From positions 1,376,001 through 1,440,000 of the forward strand of contig CAWGVS010000005.1 in NCBI GenBank assembly GCA_963826115.1: DNA of 64,000 nucleotides, given 5' to 3'. The stretch comes from an uncultured Candidatus Rokubacteria bacterium. GTDB taxonomy: Bacteria > Methylomirabilota > Methylomirabilia > Rokubacteriales > DASRDR01. Positions 19,826 to 29,373 of this stretch are shown here, piece after piece; within the stretch, counting starts at the first letter, position 1; each line of letters opens with the position of its first letter. Position numbers and translations under genes: made by a program. A model generated the notes under the pieces. The model saw nothing but the letters and a program-made list of their open reading frames with translations. It did not search any database and had not been told where the DNA came from.

Positions 19826-21433
19826 CTACTTCTTGTCCACGCCGTAGATGCGCGCGGCGCCGAGCGGCAGGTACTCGTATCCCTCGATGTTCGGGCGAAC
19901 CACGACTTCCGCCTTGCCCTGGACGAGGTTCACGTACGGGCCGTTCTCGACCAGGTACGCGAGAAGCTCCTTGTACAGCCCGGACCGCCGCTTCGTGTCG
20001 ACCTCCGCGTCGGCCTTGTGGGCCATGTCCTTCGCCTTCGGATCGTCCCACCGGAGCCGGGGCGCCCACGTGTGGAGGATCATCTGCCCGGTGAAGTCGC
20101 TGGGCCCGATGTAGTCCGGCTGGTTGTACGAGATGACGGCGATCTGATCCTTCTGGCGGTACTTCGACAGCATGACCGAGAACTCCGCGGGCACAAGCTG
20201 CACCTCGACGCCGATCTTCTTCAGGTCGGACTGAACCTTCTGGGCCACCGACTCGTAGGTGATGCCGGCCGGCGACGGGCCCGTCCCGTACAGGAGCGGG
20301 TACTTGAACCCGTTCGGGAAGCCCGCCTTCGCCAGGAGGTCCTTGGCGAGCTTCAGGTCATACTTCGGGTTCAGCTTGTCGGCCTCGGCCTGGTTCTCGA
20401 GGCCCAGCACGCCGATCGGATACACGGCCGGCCCGATGACCGCGCGGCCATTGGTGAGCTTGATGATGCCGGCGCGGTCCACCGCGTGGCGGAGCGCTTG
20501 CCGGACTTCCTTCTTGGCCAGCGCCGGGTGGAGCGCCGGGTCCACCGTGAGGCCCATGTACATGTTGTCCAGCGACTGCCCGATCAGGATCCGAACGTTC
20601 TTGTTGTTCTTCATCGCCGCGGTGAGGTCCGGCGTGACGTTGAGCGCGACGTCGACGTCACCGTTCTCGACCTGGAGCTTCTGGGTGGCGGGCGACGGCA
20701 CGTCGCGCGCCTCGATCTTCGCGATCTTGGCGGGGCCCTTCCAGTAGTTGGGGTTCCGCTCCATGATGATGACGTTGTTCTTCTGCCAGCCCTTCAGGAT
20801 GAAGGGCCCGCCGCCCGCCGAGTTCTGGTTGAGCCACTCCTCGGCCTTGTCGTCCTTGTCGGCGGTCGCCGAGTCGCTGGCCCCGTGCTCCTTGGCGAGC
20901 TTCGAGTCCATGATGGCGGCGTTCGGGCCCGACAGCACGGAGAACCAGTCTGCGAAGGACTCGTTGAGGACGGTCTTGACCGTCATCGGGTCGATGACGA
21001 CGACCTCCTTCAGCGGATCCATCATCCAGCCCGGGTTGCCCTTGAGAGTCTTGAGCCGCGTCAGGCTGAACTTCACGTCCTCGGCGGTGAAGGGGTTCCC
21101 GCTGGCGAACTTCACGTTCGGGCGGAGCTTGAAGGTGTACTCCTTGCCGTCCGGCGAGACCTTCCACTCGGTCGCCAGTACGGGCACGAAGGTGGTCAGC
21201 TCCTTCGGGCTCTTGTGGGCCACGAGCGTGTCGTAGACGTTCAGGTCCACGAACGCGGCGCCGAACTCGAACTCGCGCCCGGGGTCGAGGGTCTTCACGT
21301 CCGACTGGTCGAGGGCCATGATCAGCGTCTTGCCGCCACCGGACTGGGCCAGCGCGGAGGGAGACGTCCCGCCGATACCGATCAGGGCCGCGAGGGAGAG
21401 AGCCATGAGGGCGAATGTGAGGGAGCGTTTCAT
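19826..21433 (-). CDS. Peptide ABC transporter substrate-binding protein (family 5)
   Basis: Signal peptide MKRSLTFAL..ALAQ, TLDP, YTFKLRPNVKFASGNPFTAEDVKFS, GPF, NPNYW. Confidence 0.93.
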   Translation of the reverse strand: MKRSLTFALMALSLAALIGIGGTSPSALAQSGGGKTLIMALDQSDVKTLDPGREFEFGAAFVDLNVYDTLVAHKSPKELTTFVPVLATEWKVSPDGKEYTFKLRPNVKFASGNPFTAEDVKFSLTRLKTLKGNPGWMMDPLKEVVVIDPMTVKTVLNESFADWFSVLSGPNAAIMDSKLAKEHGASDSATADKDDKAEEWLNQNSAGGGPFILKGWQKNNVIIMERNPNYWKGPAKIAKIEARDVPSPATQKLQVENGDVDVALNVTPDLTAAMKNNKNVRILIGQSLDNMYMGLTVDPALHPALAKKEVRQALRHAVDRAGIIKLTNGRAVIGPAVYPIGVLGLENQAEADKLNPKYDLKLAKDLLAKAGFPNGFKYPLLYGTGPSPAGITYESVAQKVQSDLKKIGVEVQLVPAEFSVMLSKYRQKDQIAVISYNQPDYIGPSDFTGQMILHTWAPRLRWDDPKAKDMAHKADAEVDTKRRSGLYKELLAYLVENGPYVNLVQGKAEVVVRPNIEGYEYLPLGAARIYGVDKK

Positions 21434-21833
21434 CAGTCCGTCCTTCCTGCCGAAGCGTGAAAGGTCATTCCAGCCAGCCAGCACCGTCCCGGGAGTCGCC
21501 GTCGGTGATGCGTCGTTGCACCGCGCCAGGGCGCACCGTAATGCAGGGGTTCCCGACTGTCACGTCGGGAGCTTCCCCGACACTCGAGCGCCTCAGCATT
21601 GTACGACGAATCGTCAAGCACGGCGGACGAGGCCCCACTTCGGGCGGGCTCCCCGAGGCGATACGGCCTCCCCCGGCGAGCCCGAGCCGGCCGGGGGACG
21701 CCCTGCCCTGGACGCGTGGCTCCCCGTATAATGGCCGGAGCATGCCGCCCGGAAACGCCGACCCCGCCCCGCGTCCGGCCCGTCCGATTCCGGCGCCGGG
21801 GGCCCATCCCACGATCGCGCAAGAGGACACGCC

Positions 21834-23801
21834 ATGAAGCTCACGGGAGAGTTCTGCGAGGGCCTCTACACCACCATGGTCAAGATCCGGCGATTCGACG
21901 AGAAGGTCGCCGAGCTCTTCCAGCAGGGCATCGTCAAGGGCACCGCCCACAGCTACGTCGGCCAGGAGGCGGTGGCCACCGGCGCCTGCGCGAACCTGCG
22001 CGAGGACGACTTCATCGTCTCGAACCACCGCGGGCACGGGCACACCATCGCCAAGGGCGCCCGGATGGACCGGATGATGGCCGAGCTGATGGGGCGCGAG
22101 GACGGGTACTGCCGCGGGCTCGGAGGCTCCATGCACATCGCGGCCCTCGACCTGAACATCCTCGGCTGCAACGGCATCGTGGCCGCCGGGGTGCCGATCG
22201 GCGCCGGCGCCTCCCTCGCCGCCAAGATCCAGGGCACCGACCGGGTGGCGCTCACCTTCTTCGGGGACGGCGGGGCGAACCAGGGCGTGGTCCACGAGAC
22301 GATGAACCTCTCGTCGGTGTGGAAGCTCCCGTTCATCTTCATGTGCGAGAACAACAAGTACGCGCTCTCCACGGACACGAAGCGCACCACCGCCGGCGAG
22401 ATCGCCAAGCGCGCCGCGGGCTACGACATGCCGCACGCGCGCGTGGACGGCAACGACGTCCTCGCGGTCTACCAGGCCGTCAAGGAGGCGGTGGCACGCG
22501 CCCGGCGGGGCGACGGCCCCACGTTCATCGAGGCGGTCACCTACCGCTGGGGCGGCCACAGCATGCGCGCGAACCTCCCCGACTACCGGACCAAGGAGGA
22601 GGAGAAGGAGTGGATCGAGCGCGACCCCATCGTGCGCTTCGGCCACGGGGTCGTGGACAAGAAGGTCCTCTCGCCGATGCGGCTCAAGGAGCTCGAGCAG
22701 GCCGTCGAGCTGACCCTCGACGAGGCGGTGCGCTTCGGGATGGCGAGCGCCGAGCCCACGGTCGAGATGATGGAGTCGTCGGTCTACGCGCCCCACGAGG
22801 CCTGGAGCGAGCCCGCGTCCCGCGGGACGCGGCAGCTCGCCATGAACGAGGCGCTGAACGAGGCGCTCCACCAGGAGATGGCCCGGGACTCCCGCGTGTT
22901 CCTGATGGGCGAGGACGTCGGGCTCATCGGCGGCATCTTCCAGGTCACCAAGGGGCTCCGCGACCGCTTCGGTGAGCACCGCGTCCGGGACACGCCGATC
23001 TCCGAGCCGTCCTTCGTGGGCGCCGGCGTCGGCGCGGCGGTCGCCGGACTACGGCCGGTCGTCGAGATCCAGATCTGGGACTTCATCGCGATGACGATGG
23101 ACCAGGTCGTCAACCAGGCGGCGAAGTTCCGGTACATGCTGGGCGGGACGCCCACCGTGCCGCTCGTGATCCGCGGGCCCCAGGGCGGCGGCATCCGCCT
23201 CGCCGCGCAGCACTCCCAGAGCCTCGAGGCGTGGTTCACCCACGTGCCCGGGCTGGTCGTCATCGCCCCCTCGACGCCGTACGACGCCAAGGGGCTCCTC
23301 ACCGCGGCGATCCGCGACGACAACCCCGTCATCTTCCTCGAGCACAAGGCGCTCTACCCCCTGAAGGGCGAGGTGCCGGAGGAGCCGTACGCGATCCCGA
23401 TCGGCAAGGCGGACGTGAAGCGCGTCGGCCGGGACGTCACCGTGGTCGCCACCCAGGCGATGGTCGCCCGCGCGCTGCAGGCCGCGGGTGACCTCGAGAA
23501 GGAAGGCGTGAGCGTCGAGGTGATCGACCCGAGGACGCTGGCGCCCCTCGATGAGGACACGATCCTCGCGTCCGTCGGCAAGACTCACCGGCTGGTCATC
23601 GCCCACGAGGCGGTCAAGCGCGGCGGCTTCGGGGCCGAGGTGGCGGCGATGGTCAGCGAGAAGGCGCTCGACGAGCTGGACGCGCCGATCGCCCGCGTCG
23701 CCGCCCGCGCGGTCCCGATGCCCTACAACGACAATCTGGAGCGCGCGACCATCCCCTCCAAGGAAGACATCGTCGCCGCGATCAAGTCGCTCCTCGGGTG
23801 A
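21834..23801 (+). CDS. Fused alpha/beta E1 component of a pyruvate/acetoin/2-oxoacid dehydrogenase
   Basis: Alpha part GQEA, HRGHGH, GDG..NQG...ENN ThDP motif; beta part MGEDV, DTPISE, QHSQS, IDPRTL. Confidence 0.93.
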   Translation: MKLTGEFCEGLYTTMVKIRRFDEKVAELFQQGIVKGTAHSYVGQEAVATGACANLREDDFIVSNHRGHGHTIAKGARMDRMMAELMGREDGYCRGLGGSMHIAALDLNILGCNGIVAAGVPIGAGASLAAKIQGTDRVALTFFGDGGANQGVVHETMNLSSVWKLPFIFMCENNKYALSTDTKRTTAGEIAKRAAGYDMPHARVDGNDVLAVYQAVKEAVARARRGDGPTFIEAVTYRWGGHSMRANLPDYRTKEEEKEWIERDPIVRFGHGVVDKKVLSPMRLKELEQAVELTLDEAVRFGMASAEPTVEMMESSVYAPHEAWSEPASRGTRQLAMNEALNEALHQEMARDSRVFLMGEDVGLIGGIFQVTKGLRDRFGEHRVRDTPISEPSFVGAGVGAAVAGLRPVVEIQIWDFIAMTMDQVVNQAAKFRYMLGGTPTVPLVIRGPQGGGIRLAAQHSQSLEAWFTHVPGLVVIAPSTPYDAKGLLTAAIRDDNPVIFLEHKALYPLKGEVPEEPYAIPIGKADVKRVGRDVTVVATQAMVARALQAAGDLEKEGVSVEVIDPRTLAPLDEDTILASVGKTHRLVIAHEAVKRGGFGAEVAAMVSEKALDELDAPIARVAARAVPMPYNDNLERATIPSKEDIVAAIKSLLG

Positions 23802-23816
23802 TCCGGCCCTGAAAGC

Positions 23817-23886
23817 CAAACTCGGGGTCAGGCCTTAATTTTGGTTTCCCGAAACCGTCAAAGTTAAGGCCTGACCCCGGAGTTTG
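23817..23886. repeat. REP-like long inverted repeat (about 70-bp hairpin)
   Basis: CAAACTCGGGGTCAGGCCTTAA ... TTAAGGCCTGACCCCGGAGTTTG with inner GGTTTC-CC-GAAACC. Confidence 0.8.
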
Positions 23887-23889
23887 ATC

Positions 23890-24219
23890 GTGAGGATCGA
23901 GGGGGTTCCGTTCGACACCACCGACTGGAGCGCCGTCGCGCCCACTCACCACGCGGGGGAGTCGGGCTCGGCCACGTGGCGGACCCGCGAGGTCGGCCGG
24001 ATCCGCGTGCGGATGGTGGAGTACTCGCCGGGCTACCGCGCGGATCACTGGTGCCGCAAGGGCCACGTCCTGCTGGTCCTGGAGGGTGAGCTCGAGACCG
24101 AGCTCGAGGACGGTCGGCGCTTCGTCCTCCGGCCGGGGACCAGCTACCAGGTCGCGGACGGCCACGAGGCGCACCGGTCGTCCACGCGGACCGGCGCGCG
24201 CCTCTTCATCGTCGACTGA
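23890..24219 (+). CDS. DHCW-motif cupin fold protein
   Basis: PF.TTDW, RVRMVEYSPGY.ADHWC.KGH, LFIVD; start GTG 23890 or TTG 23884. Confidence 0.88.
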   Translation: MRIEGVPFDTTDWSAVAPTHHAGESGSATWRTREVGRIRVRMVEYSPGYRADHWCRKGHVLLVLEGELETELEDGRRFVLRPGTSYQVADGHEAHRSSTRTGARLFIVD

Positions 24220-24234
24220 GGCGCGCCGCCGCCC

Positions 24235-26643
24235 TCAGCGGAAGATCTCCGTCCTCCCCGCCTCCCGCGCGGCCTCCCCGATCTCGTCGGCCGGCGCCGA
24301 CACGTCGATCGCGACCCGGAGCGCCCGGAGCCCCTTGACGCCCTGGAGCTCCTCGAGCTCGAGGTCCTCTATCTCGCCGGTCACGTAGCCCCGCGCGCCG
24401 AGGTACTCGAGGTAGGCGCGGTACTCGGCCGCCTCCGCGGGCTGCGAGTACACGACGGCGAGCATGCCGGGCTGAGTCGCGCGCTCGCGGGTCCCCTGCA
24501 CCAGCGCCTTGTCGATCCGCTTCTTGATGACCTCGTAGCGGACGTTGTAGGCGCCGTCCACGTCGAAGCGCCGCTCGTCGAACCGGAAGCGGATCGACAG
24601 CGGGGAGTGGTGCGCCAGGACGAGGTGCGTGGTGACGAGCGGCACCGTCAGGCGCGGAAGGATCGCCTCCGTGCGCCGGGCGATCCCGCAGGTCACCATG
24701 AGCTGCCAGAGGCGCAGGTTCCGTAGATACATCTCGTCGAACCGGCCGTCCTCGACGAGGCTCCGGCCGATGTAGATCGTGTGATCGACCCCGTCGGTCC
24801 GCAGGCGCTCGAAGTAGTGCGGGAACATCCCCTGCGCCAGCTCTTCCTCCGCGTCGAGGTACGCGGAGATCGTGTCGCTGACCAGCGTCATGCTCTCCTC
24901 GTAGTCCCGGCGCCGCCGGTACACGGTACCGAGCCCGGGGTCGAGGGCCGCGCGGTACTCCCCCAGCTTGTCCCGGACGGCCGGCCCGAAGTCGGCGACC
25001 TGGTCGAGCAGCGGCTCCACCTGCTGGCGCACGAACGCGAGCACGGTCACCTCGTCGCCCGAGGACATCACCCGATCGATCTGGCGGGCGTACCGATCGA
25101 TCCGGTAGCTCATCTCGTCCAGCACCGGGAGCGGACGGATCGCGCGAGCGGCCTCGACGACTTCGAGGGCCAGGCGGAGGTGCACGCCGAGATCCGCCTG
25201 GACGGCCACACCCCGCTGAACGGACGACCCACGAATGTCCGTCGCCGCGTAGAGCGGGTGCACGTCCCGGAAGACGATCGGCTCGAGCTCGGTGGCCTCC
25301 CCGCCCTCGTCGTTCTCGATGCTGTCGAGCACGGCCCGCCGGAACCGCCACTCGACCGAGGGGTGGATCGCCGTGCACTTCTCCTTGATGACCGCCTGCA
25401 CCCGCGCCTCCAGCTCGTCGAGGCTCCGCCGCACGGCCATCGAGAACAGCGGGAGGACCTCGCGGAGCTTGATCAGGCTCACCGGGCCGAGGTCACCGGG
25501 GTTGGGCGAGGTCAGCTCGACCGTGCCGATCGTCTTGTCCTGGTAGTGCAGCGGCGCCACCAGGATGTTCCGGATCCCGTGCTCCAGGAGCGAGTCCTCG
25601 TATGCGGTCCGCCGCGGGTCGTCGATGAGGTCGTCCATGACGAGCGGGCGCCCCTGGGTGACCGCCCGCTCGTGGACCGAGCCGGCGAAGTCGCTCATCC
25701 GGAGGTGCTCGGTGTCCGCGAAGATGCACCCGTGCTCCATCTCGGAGTTGTAGTTCAGGACGAAGACCCGCCCGTCGTGGAACGCGGCGAGCCCCAGGCG
25801 CAGGGCCGGCCGCCGGAGGAGCGTCCGCAGCTTGTCCTCGAGCTCCCGGAACCGCTCGCTCGAGACGATCGATTCCTTGTCGATGAGGTCCCGCTCGATC
25901 GCGGAGAGCACTTCCTGGTCCGTCACGTCCGTCGCCCGCACGACCACGAACCCCGAGAACTCGAACGCGTCGGCCGGCAGCCGCTGCGCCAGGAACTCGT
26001 GAACGTCCGCCCGACGCAGGATCTCGGCCCGCGTCGCCTCGTCGAGCGGCCGCAGCGGACGGAGAGCCCGTACCTCCAGGAAGCGCGTGCTGAACTGGAT
26101 CCGGAAGTGCCGCTCGAGACCGGAGTCGGAGTCGCGCACCGCCAGGATCAGCGGGTAATCGACGTCCAGGGTCATGCCGTAGTGGGCGCGGAGGATGGCG
26201 TCGTAGGCGTAGAGGAGGCGCCCGTGGGCGCTGGCCTCGGCGCTCATGTTCACCAGGCCCCGGACCGTATCGTCGGCATCGAGCAGGAGACGACCGAAGC
26301 TCGGGGTCGCGTGGAACGCCTTGAGCTGGAAGGGCACCGTGGCGGCCATGAAGTCCCGGTCCCAGGAACCGGCCGGAAAGACCCGCGACATCAGCACCGA
26401 CACCAGCTCGTGATGCTTCTCGATGACCGCCAGGTCCTCGATCGGCCCGCGGAGCTCGGGCGCGGCCTCGAGGCCTCGGCACACCGCGCGGGCGACGTCA
26501 CCCGCAACGCCGGGCTCCGCGGCCACGCCTTCCCACTCGGCGATCAGCGGGTCCAGGCTGAGCTCCCGCCGGTACGGGAACGCCACCGCCGGCAGCGCCA
26601 ACTGGTGACGGCTCGGAAGCGCGGACGAGGTCAGCCCGTCCAT
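24235..26643 (-). CDS. GAF domain-containing protein with uncharacterised C-terminal domain
   Basis: 802 aa; GAF-like segment (GIRNILVAPL..TIGTVEL.S); C-terminal motifs IHPSVEWRF, DIRGSS, TDGVD, FDVDGAYNVRYEVIKKRIDKA. Confidence 0.8.
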   Translation of the reverse strand: MDGLTSSALPSRHQLALPAVAFPYRRELSLDPLIAEWEGVAAEPGVAGDVARAVCRGLEAAPELRGPIEDLAVIEKHHELVSVLMSRVFPAGSWDRDFMAATVPFQLKAFHATPSFGRLLLDADDTVRGLVNMSAEASAHGRLLYAYDAILRAHYGMTLDVDYPLILAVRDSDSGLERHFRIQFSTRFLEVRALRPLRPLDEATRAEILRRADVHEFLAQRLPADAFEFSGFVVVRATDVTDQEVLSAIERDLIDKESIVSSERFRELEDKLRTLLRRPALRLGLAAFHDGRVFVLNYNSEMEHGCIFADTEHLRMSDFAGSVHERAVTQGRPLVMDDLIDDPRRTAYEDSLLEHGIRNILVAPLHYQDKTIGTVELTSPNPGDLGPVSLIKLREVLPLFSMAVRRSLDELEARVQAVIKEKCTAIHPSVEWRFRRAVLDSIENDEGGEATELEPIVFRDVHPLYAATDIRGSSVQRGVAVQADLGVHLRLALEVVEAARAIRPLPVLDEMSYRIDRYARQIDRVMSSGDEVTVLAFVRQQVEPLLDQVADFGPAVRDKLGEYRAALDPGLGTVYRRRRDYEESMTLVSDTISAYLDAEEELAQGMFPHYFERLRTDGVDHTIYIGRSLVEDGRFDEMYLRNLRLWQLMVTCGIARRTEAILPRLTVPLVTTHLVLAHHSPLSIRFRFDERRFDVDGAYNVRYEVIKKRIDKALVQGTRERATQPGMLAVVYSQPAEAAEYRAYLEYLGARGYVTGEIEDLELEELQGVKGLRALRVAIDVSAPADEIGEAAREAGRTEIFR

Positions 26644-26696
26644 GGCATCAGGCTATCACGCCGCGCCACGGAGGCCCCCCGCCGGAGCGCGGTCGG

Positions 26697-28238
26697 CTAG
26701 AAGTCCCGCTGGAGGAAGATCGGCGCCATCAGGTTGTCGGCCGGGGCGTAATCGTCCGTCAACACGACGGGATTCGAGTCCCGGAGCCACTCCTCCATGG
26801 CCTCGGGGGGCAGCACCCCCACCCTGGTCTCGCCGTCCGGCCCCTCCCAGGGGATCTTCCCCAGCCGGGCGAGGTCGAGCGGGACTCCGCTCGCCGCCAC
26901 CACGTAGGTCCGGGCGCGCGGCGCCCGGGTGCCGGGCAGGTCGGACAGCACGTACACGTGCGGGAACACCTCCCGCAGCGTGCGGACGACCGAGGCCATG
27001 AACCGGCCGCCGCGCATCCGGTCGATGACGAGCGCCAGGTACAGGCCGTCGGGCGCGAGCAGGCCGCGCACCCGCTGCGCGAACTCGCGCGTCGTCAGGT
27101 GGTACGGCACCTGGTAGTCGTTGAAGGCGTCGCCGAAGATCAGGTCGTAGGTGGCCGTCCCCTGCTTCGCCTCCACGACTTCGCGGGCGTCGCGGTTGTA
27201 CGTGACCACCCGCGTCGCCGGGCTGAGCCCGAGGAACTCCGACGCCGTCTGGGTGACGCCCGGGTCGATCTCGGCCACCTCCAGGGTCGCGTCCAGGTAC
27301 ACGGTCTCCATGTAGCGGGGCATCGTGTACCCCCCACCCCCGATGAAGAACGCCCGGAGTCGAGGCGCCCGCTCGGCGGCGTAGGCGGTGAGCGCGGCGT
27401 AGGTCCGCATGTAGGGGTAGTGGAGGCGTCGCGGGTCCTCGACCGAGTTGTAGCTGTGGATCAGGTGGTCGAGCGACAGTACCCGGTAGACTTGGCCGTC
27501 TGGCTCGCGCTCCGACGTCACCCGGATGCAGTAGTAGGCCGTCTCGCGGTGGCACCAGGTCGCGAGCGCATCCCCGAGACGGATCTGCGCGAGGCTCATC
27601 AGGAGGAGGAGCACCATCGCCGCGTCCACGAGGCGCGGCCACCCCGGGTGGCGGAAGAACTCGCCCGTCGCGACGGCCAGCACGATGAGCACGACGCCGA
27701 CCCCGAAGATGACCGACCGGGTCCCGACCCAGGGGATCAGGACGAAGCCGGTCAGGAACGTCCCCGCGATGCTGCCGAGCGTCGACCAGGCGTAGATCCG
27801 CCCGACGAGGGTCCCGGCGCGCTCGAGGTCGGCGAGCGTCCGCTTCACCACGATCGGCGACACCATCCCCAGCATCACGCTCGGGACGAAGAAGAGGAGC
27901 CCGGTGACGAGGACGATGCGGGGCACGACCGGGAGGCCGCGCGGGACGAGGCCCAGCAGGTCGATCGTCGTGAACGGCAGGATGGCCAGGCTCGCCAGGC
28001 CGGCGGTGGCCAGGACGAGGCCGAGCGTCCGCCGGGACCCGGCGAGGTCCGCCACGGTCCCGCCCAGGTAGTTGCCGAGCGAGATCCCGGCCAGGACCAC
28101 GCCGATGATGCTGGTCCAGGTGTAGAGCGAGACGCCGAAGTACGACGCGAGGAGCCGACCCGCCGAGATCTCGAGAACGAGCGCGCCGGCGCTCGCCACG
28201 AAGACGATCGCGTACGCCGCGGAGAGCCGGCGGGTCAC
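26697..28238 (-). CDS. Fused membrane (MFS-like)/spermidine-synthase-like SAM-fold protein
   Basis: N-terminal TM helices (LEI...RLL..YFG.S...WTS.IGV.L), C-terminal IGGGGY, EIDP, DAF, HLTTREF, LTDDYAP; GTG start overlaps upstream stop. Confidence 0.87.
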   Translation of the reverse strand: MTRRLSAAYAIVFVASAGALVLEISAGRLLASYFGVSLYTWTSIIGVVLAGISLGNYLGGTVADLAGSRRTLGLVLATAGLASLAILPFTTIDLLGLVPRGLPVVPRIVLVTGLLFFVPSVMLGMVSPIVVKRTLADLERAGTLVGRIYAWSTLGSIAGTFLTGFVLIPWVGTRSVIFGVGVVLIVLAVATGEFFRHPGWPRLVDAAMVLLLLMSLAQIRLGDALATWCHRETAYYCIRVTSEREPDGQVYRVLSLDHLIHSYNSVEDPRRLHYPYMRTYAALTAYAAERAPRLRAFFIGGGGYTMPRYMETVYLDATLEVAEIDPGVTQTASEFLGLSPATRVVTYNRDAREVVEAKQGTATYDLIFGDAFNDYQVPYHLTTREFAQRVRGLLAPDGLYLALVIDRMRGGRFMASVVRTLREVFPHVYVLSDLPGTRAPRARTYVVAASGVPLDLARLGKIPWEGPDGETRVGVLPPEAMEEWLRDSNPVVLTDDYAPADNLMAPIFLQRDF

Positions 28239-29359
28239 GCGGTCCGGACCCTCCGCGGCAGCGCGGCGAGGACCGTGCATGCCTCGCGGACGACGTTCTC
28301 GACCACCTCGCCGGCCCCCGGCAGATCGCGGACGAGCCCCACGCCCTGCCCGGCCAGCATCGGGAAGTAGTCGCCTTCCCCGCGCCGTCTCGCCTCCTCG
28401 ACCACGTCCTGGGCGGCGCGCGACTGGAGGAGCGCCGGCAGGACCGGCGCGCCCGAGGCCCGGTACTCCTGGGTGTACGTGTTGCGCAGCGTCCGGAGCC
28501 ACAGCCCGGTGAACGCGTCGGTGAGGAGCGTGTCGTCGCCTTCCCGCTCGAGGAGCGACTTCTTCCAGAACTCGGGCGCCATGGACTCCCGCGTGGCAAC
28601 GAACCGCGTGCCGAGCAGCACGCCCACCGCCCCGAGTGCCAGCGCGGCGACCAGGCCGCGGCCGTCGACGACGCCGCCCGACGCCACCACGGGGACCGGC
28701 ACCGCGTCGACGACCTGGGGGACGAGCGCGAGCGCGCCCACGCTGGCGGCCTCGGGCGAGGGGCGCTTCACCCACGTGGACCGGTGGCCGCCGGCCTCGC
28801 TCCCCTGCGCGACCACGACGTCGACGCCCGAGGCGACGACCGCGCGCGCGTCCTCCACCGTCGCCACCATCGCCACGACCTTGATGCCCGCGGCGCGGCA
28901 GCGGCCGACGAGCCCGGGGCCCGGGTCGCCGAGCCCGATGCTGAAGACCGCGGGCCGCTCCTCGAGAATCACGTCGACCTGCGCCTGGATGATGTCCGGA
29001 ACGGCCTCGGGCCGTCCCGCGCGCGCTGGCAACCCGAGCCGGGAGCGGAACCGGTTGAGGACGGCGTGGACTCCGGCCAGCCGCTCGTCGACGATCGTCG
29101 CCGGATCGGTCGGCGGCCGGAGCTCCGTGTGGAGCCACAAGTTCACGCCGAACGGGCGATCGGTGAGCTCCCGCACGTGCCGGATCCGCCGGCGCAGCTC
29201 GTCGGGCGGCACGGTCAGGCCCGCGAGGATGCCGAGGCCGCCGGCCCGCGACACCTCGGCGACCAGGTCCGGCCCCGCGACGTTCCCCATCCCCGACTGG
29301 AGGATCGGGTACTCGATCCCGAGGAGATCGCACAGGGCGGTCCGCAGGACGTCTCGCAT
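28235..29359 (-). CDS. Nitronate monooxygenase (2-nitropropane dioxygenase) family flavoenzyme
   Basis: YPILQSGM, GGLGIL, PFGVNL, QGSEAGGH, SGG..DGRG, GTRF. Confidence 0.9.
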   Translation of the reverse strand: MRDVLRTALCDLLGIEYPILQSGMGNVAGPDLVAEVSRAGGLGILAGLTVPPDELRRRIRHVRELTDRPFGVNLWLHTELRPPTDPATIVDERLAGVHAVLNRFRSRLGLPARAGRPEAVPDIIQAQVDVILEERPAVFSIGLGDPGPGLVGRCRAAGIKVVAMVATVEDARAVVASGVDVVVAQGSEAGGHRSTWVKRPSPEAASVGALALVPQVVDAVPVPVVASGGVVDGRGLVAALALGAVGVLLGTRFVATRESMAPEFWKKSLLEREGDDTLLTDAFTGLWLRTLRNTYTQEYRASGAPVLPALLQSRAAQDVVEEARRRGEGDYFPMLAGQGVGLVRDLPGAGEVVENVVREACTVLAALPRRVRTA

Positions 29360-29373
29360 GTCCGGCCCTCCCG

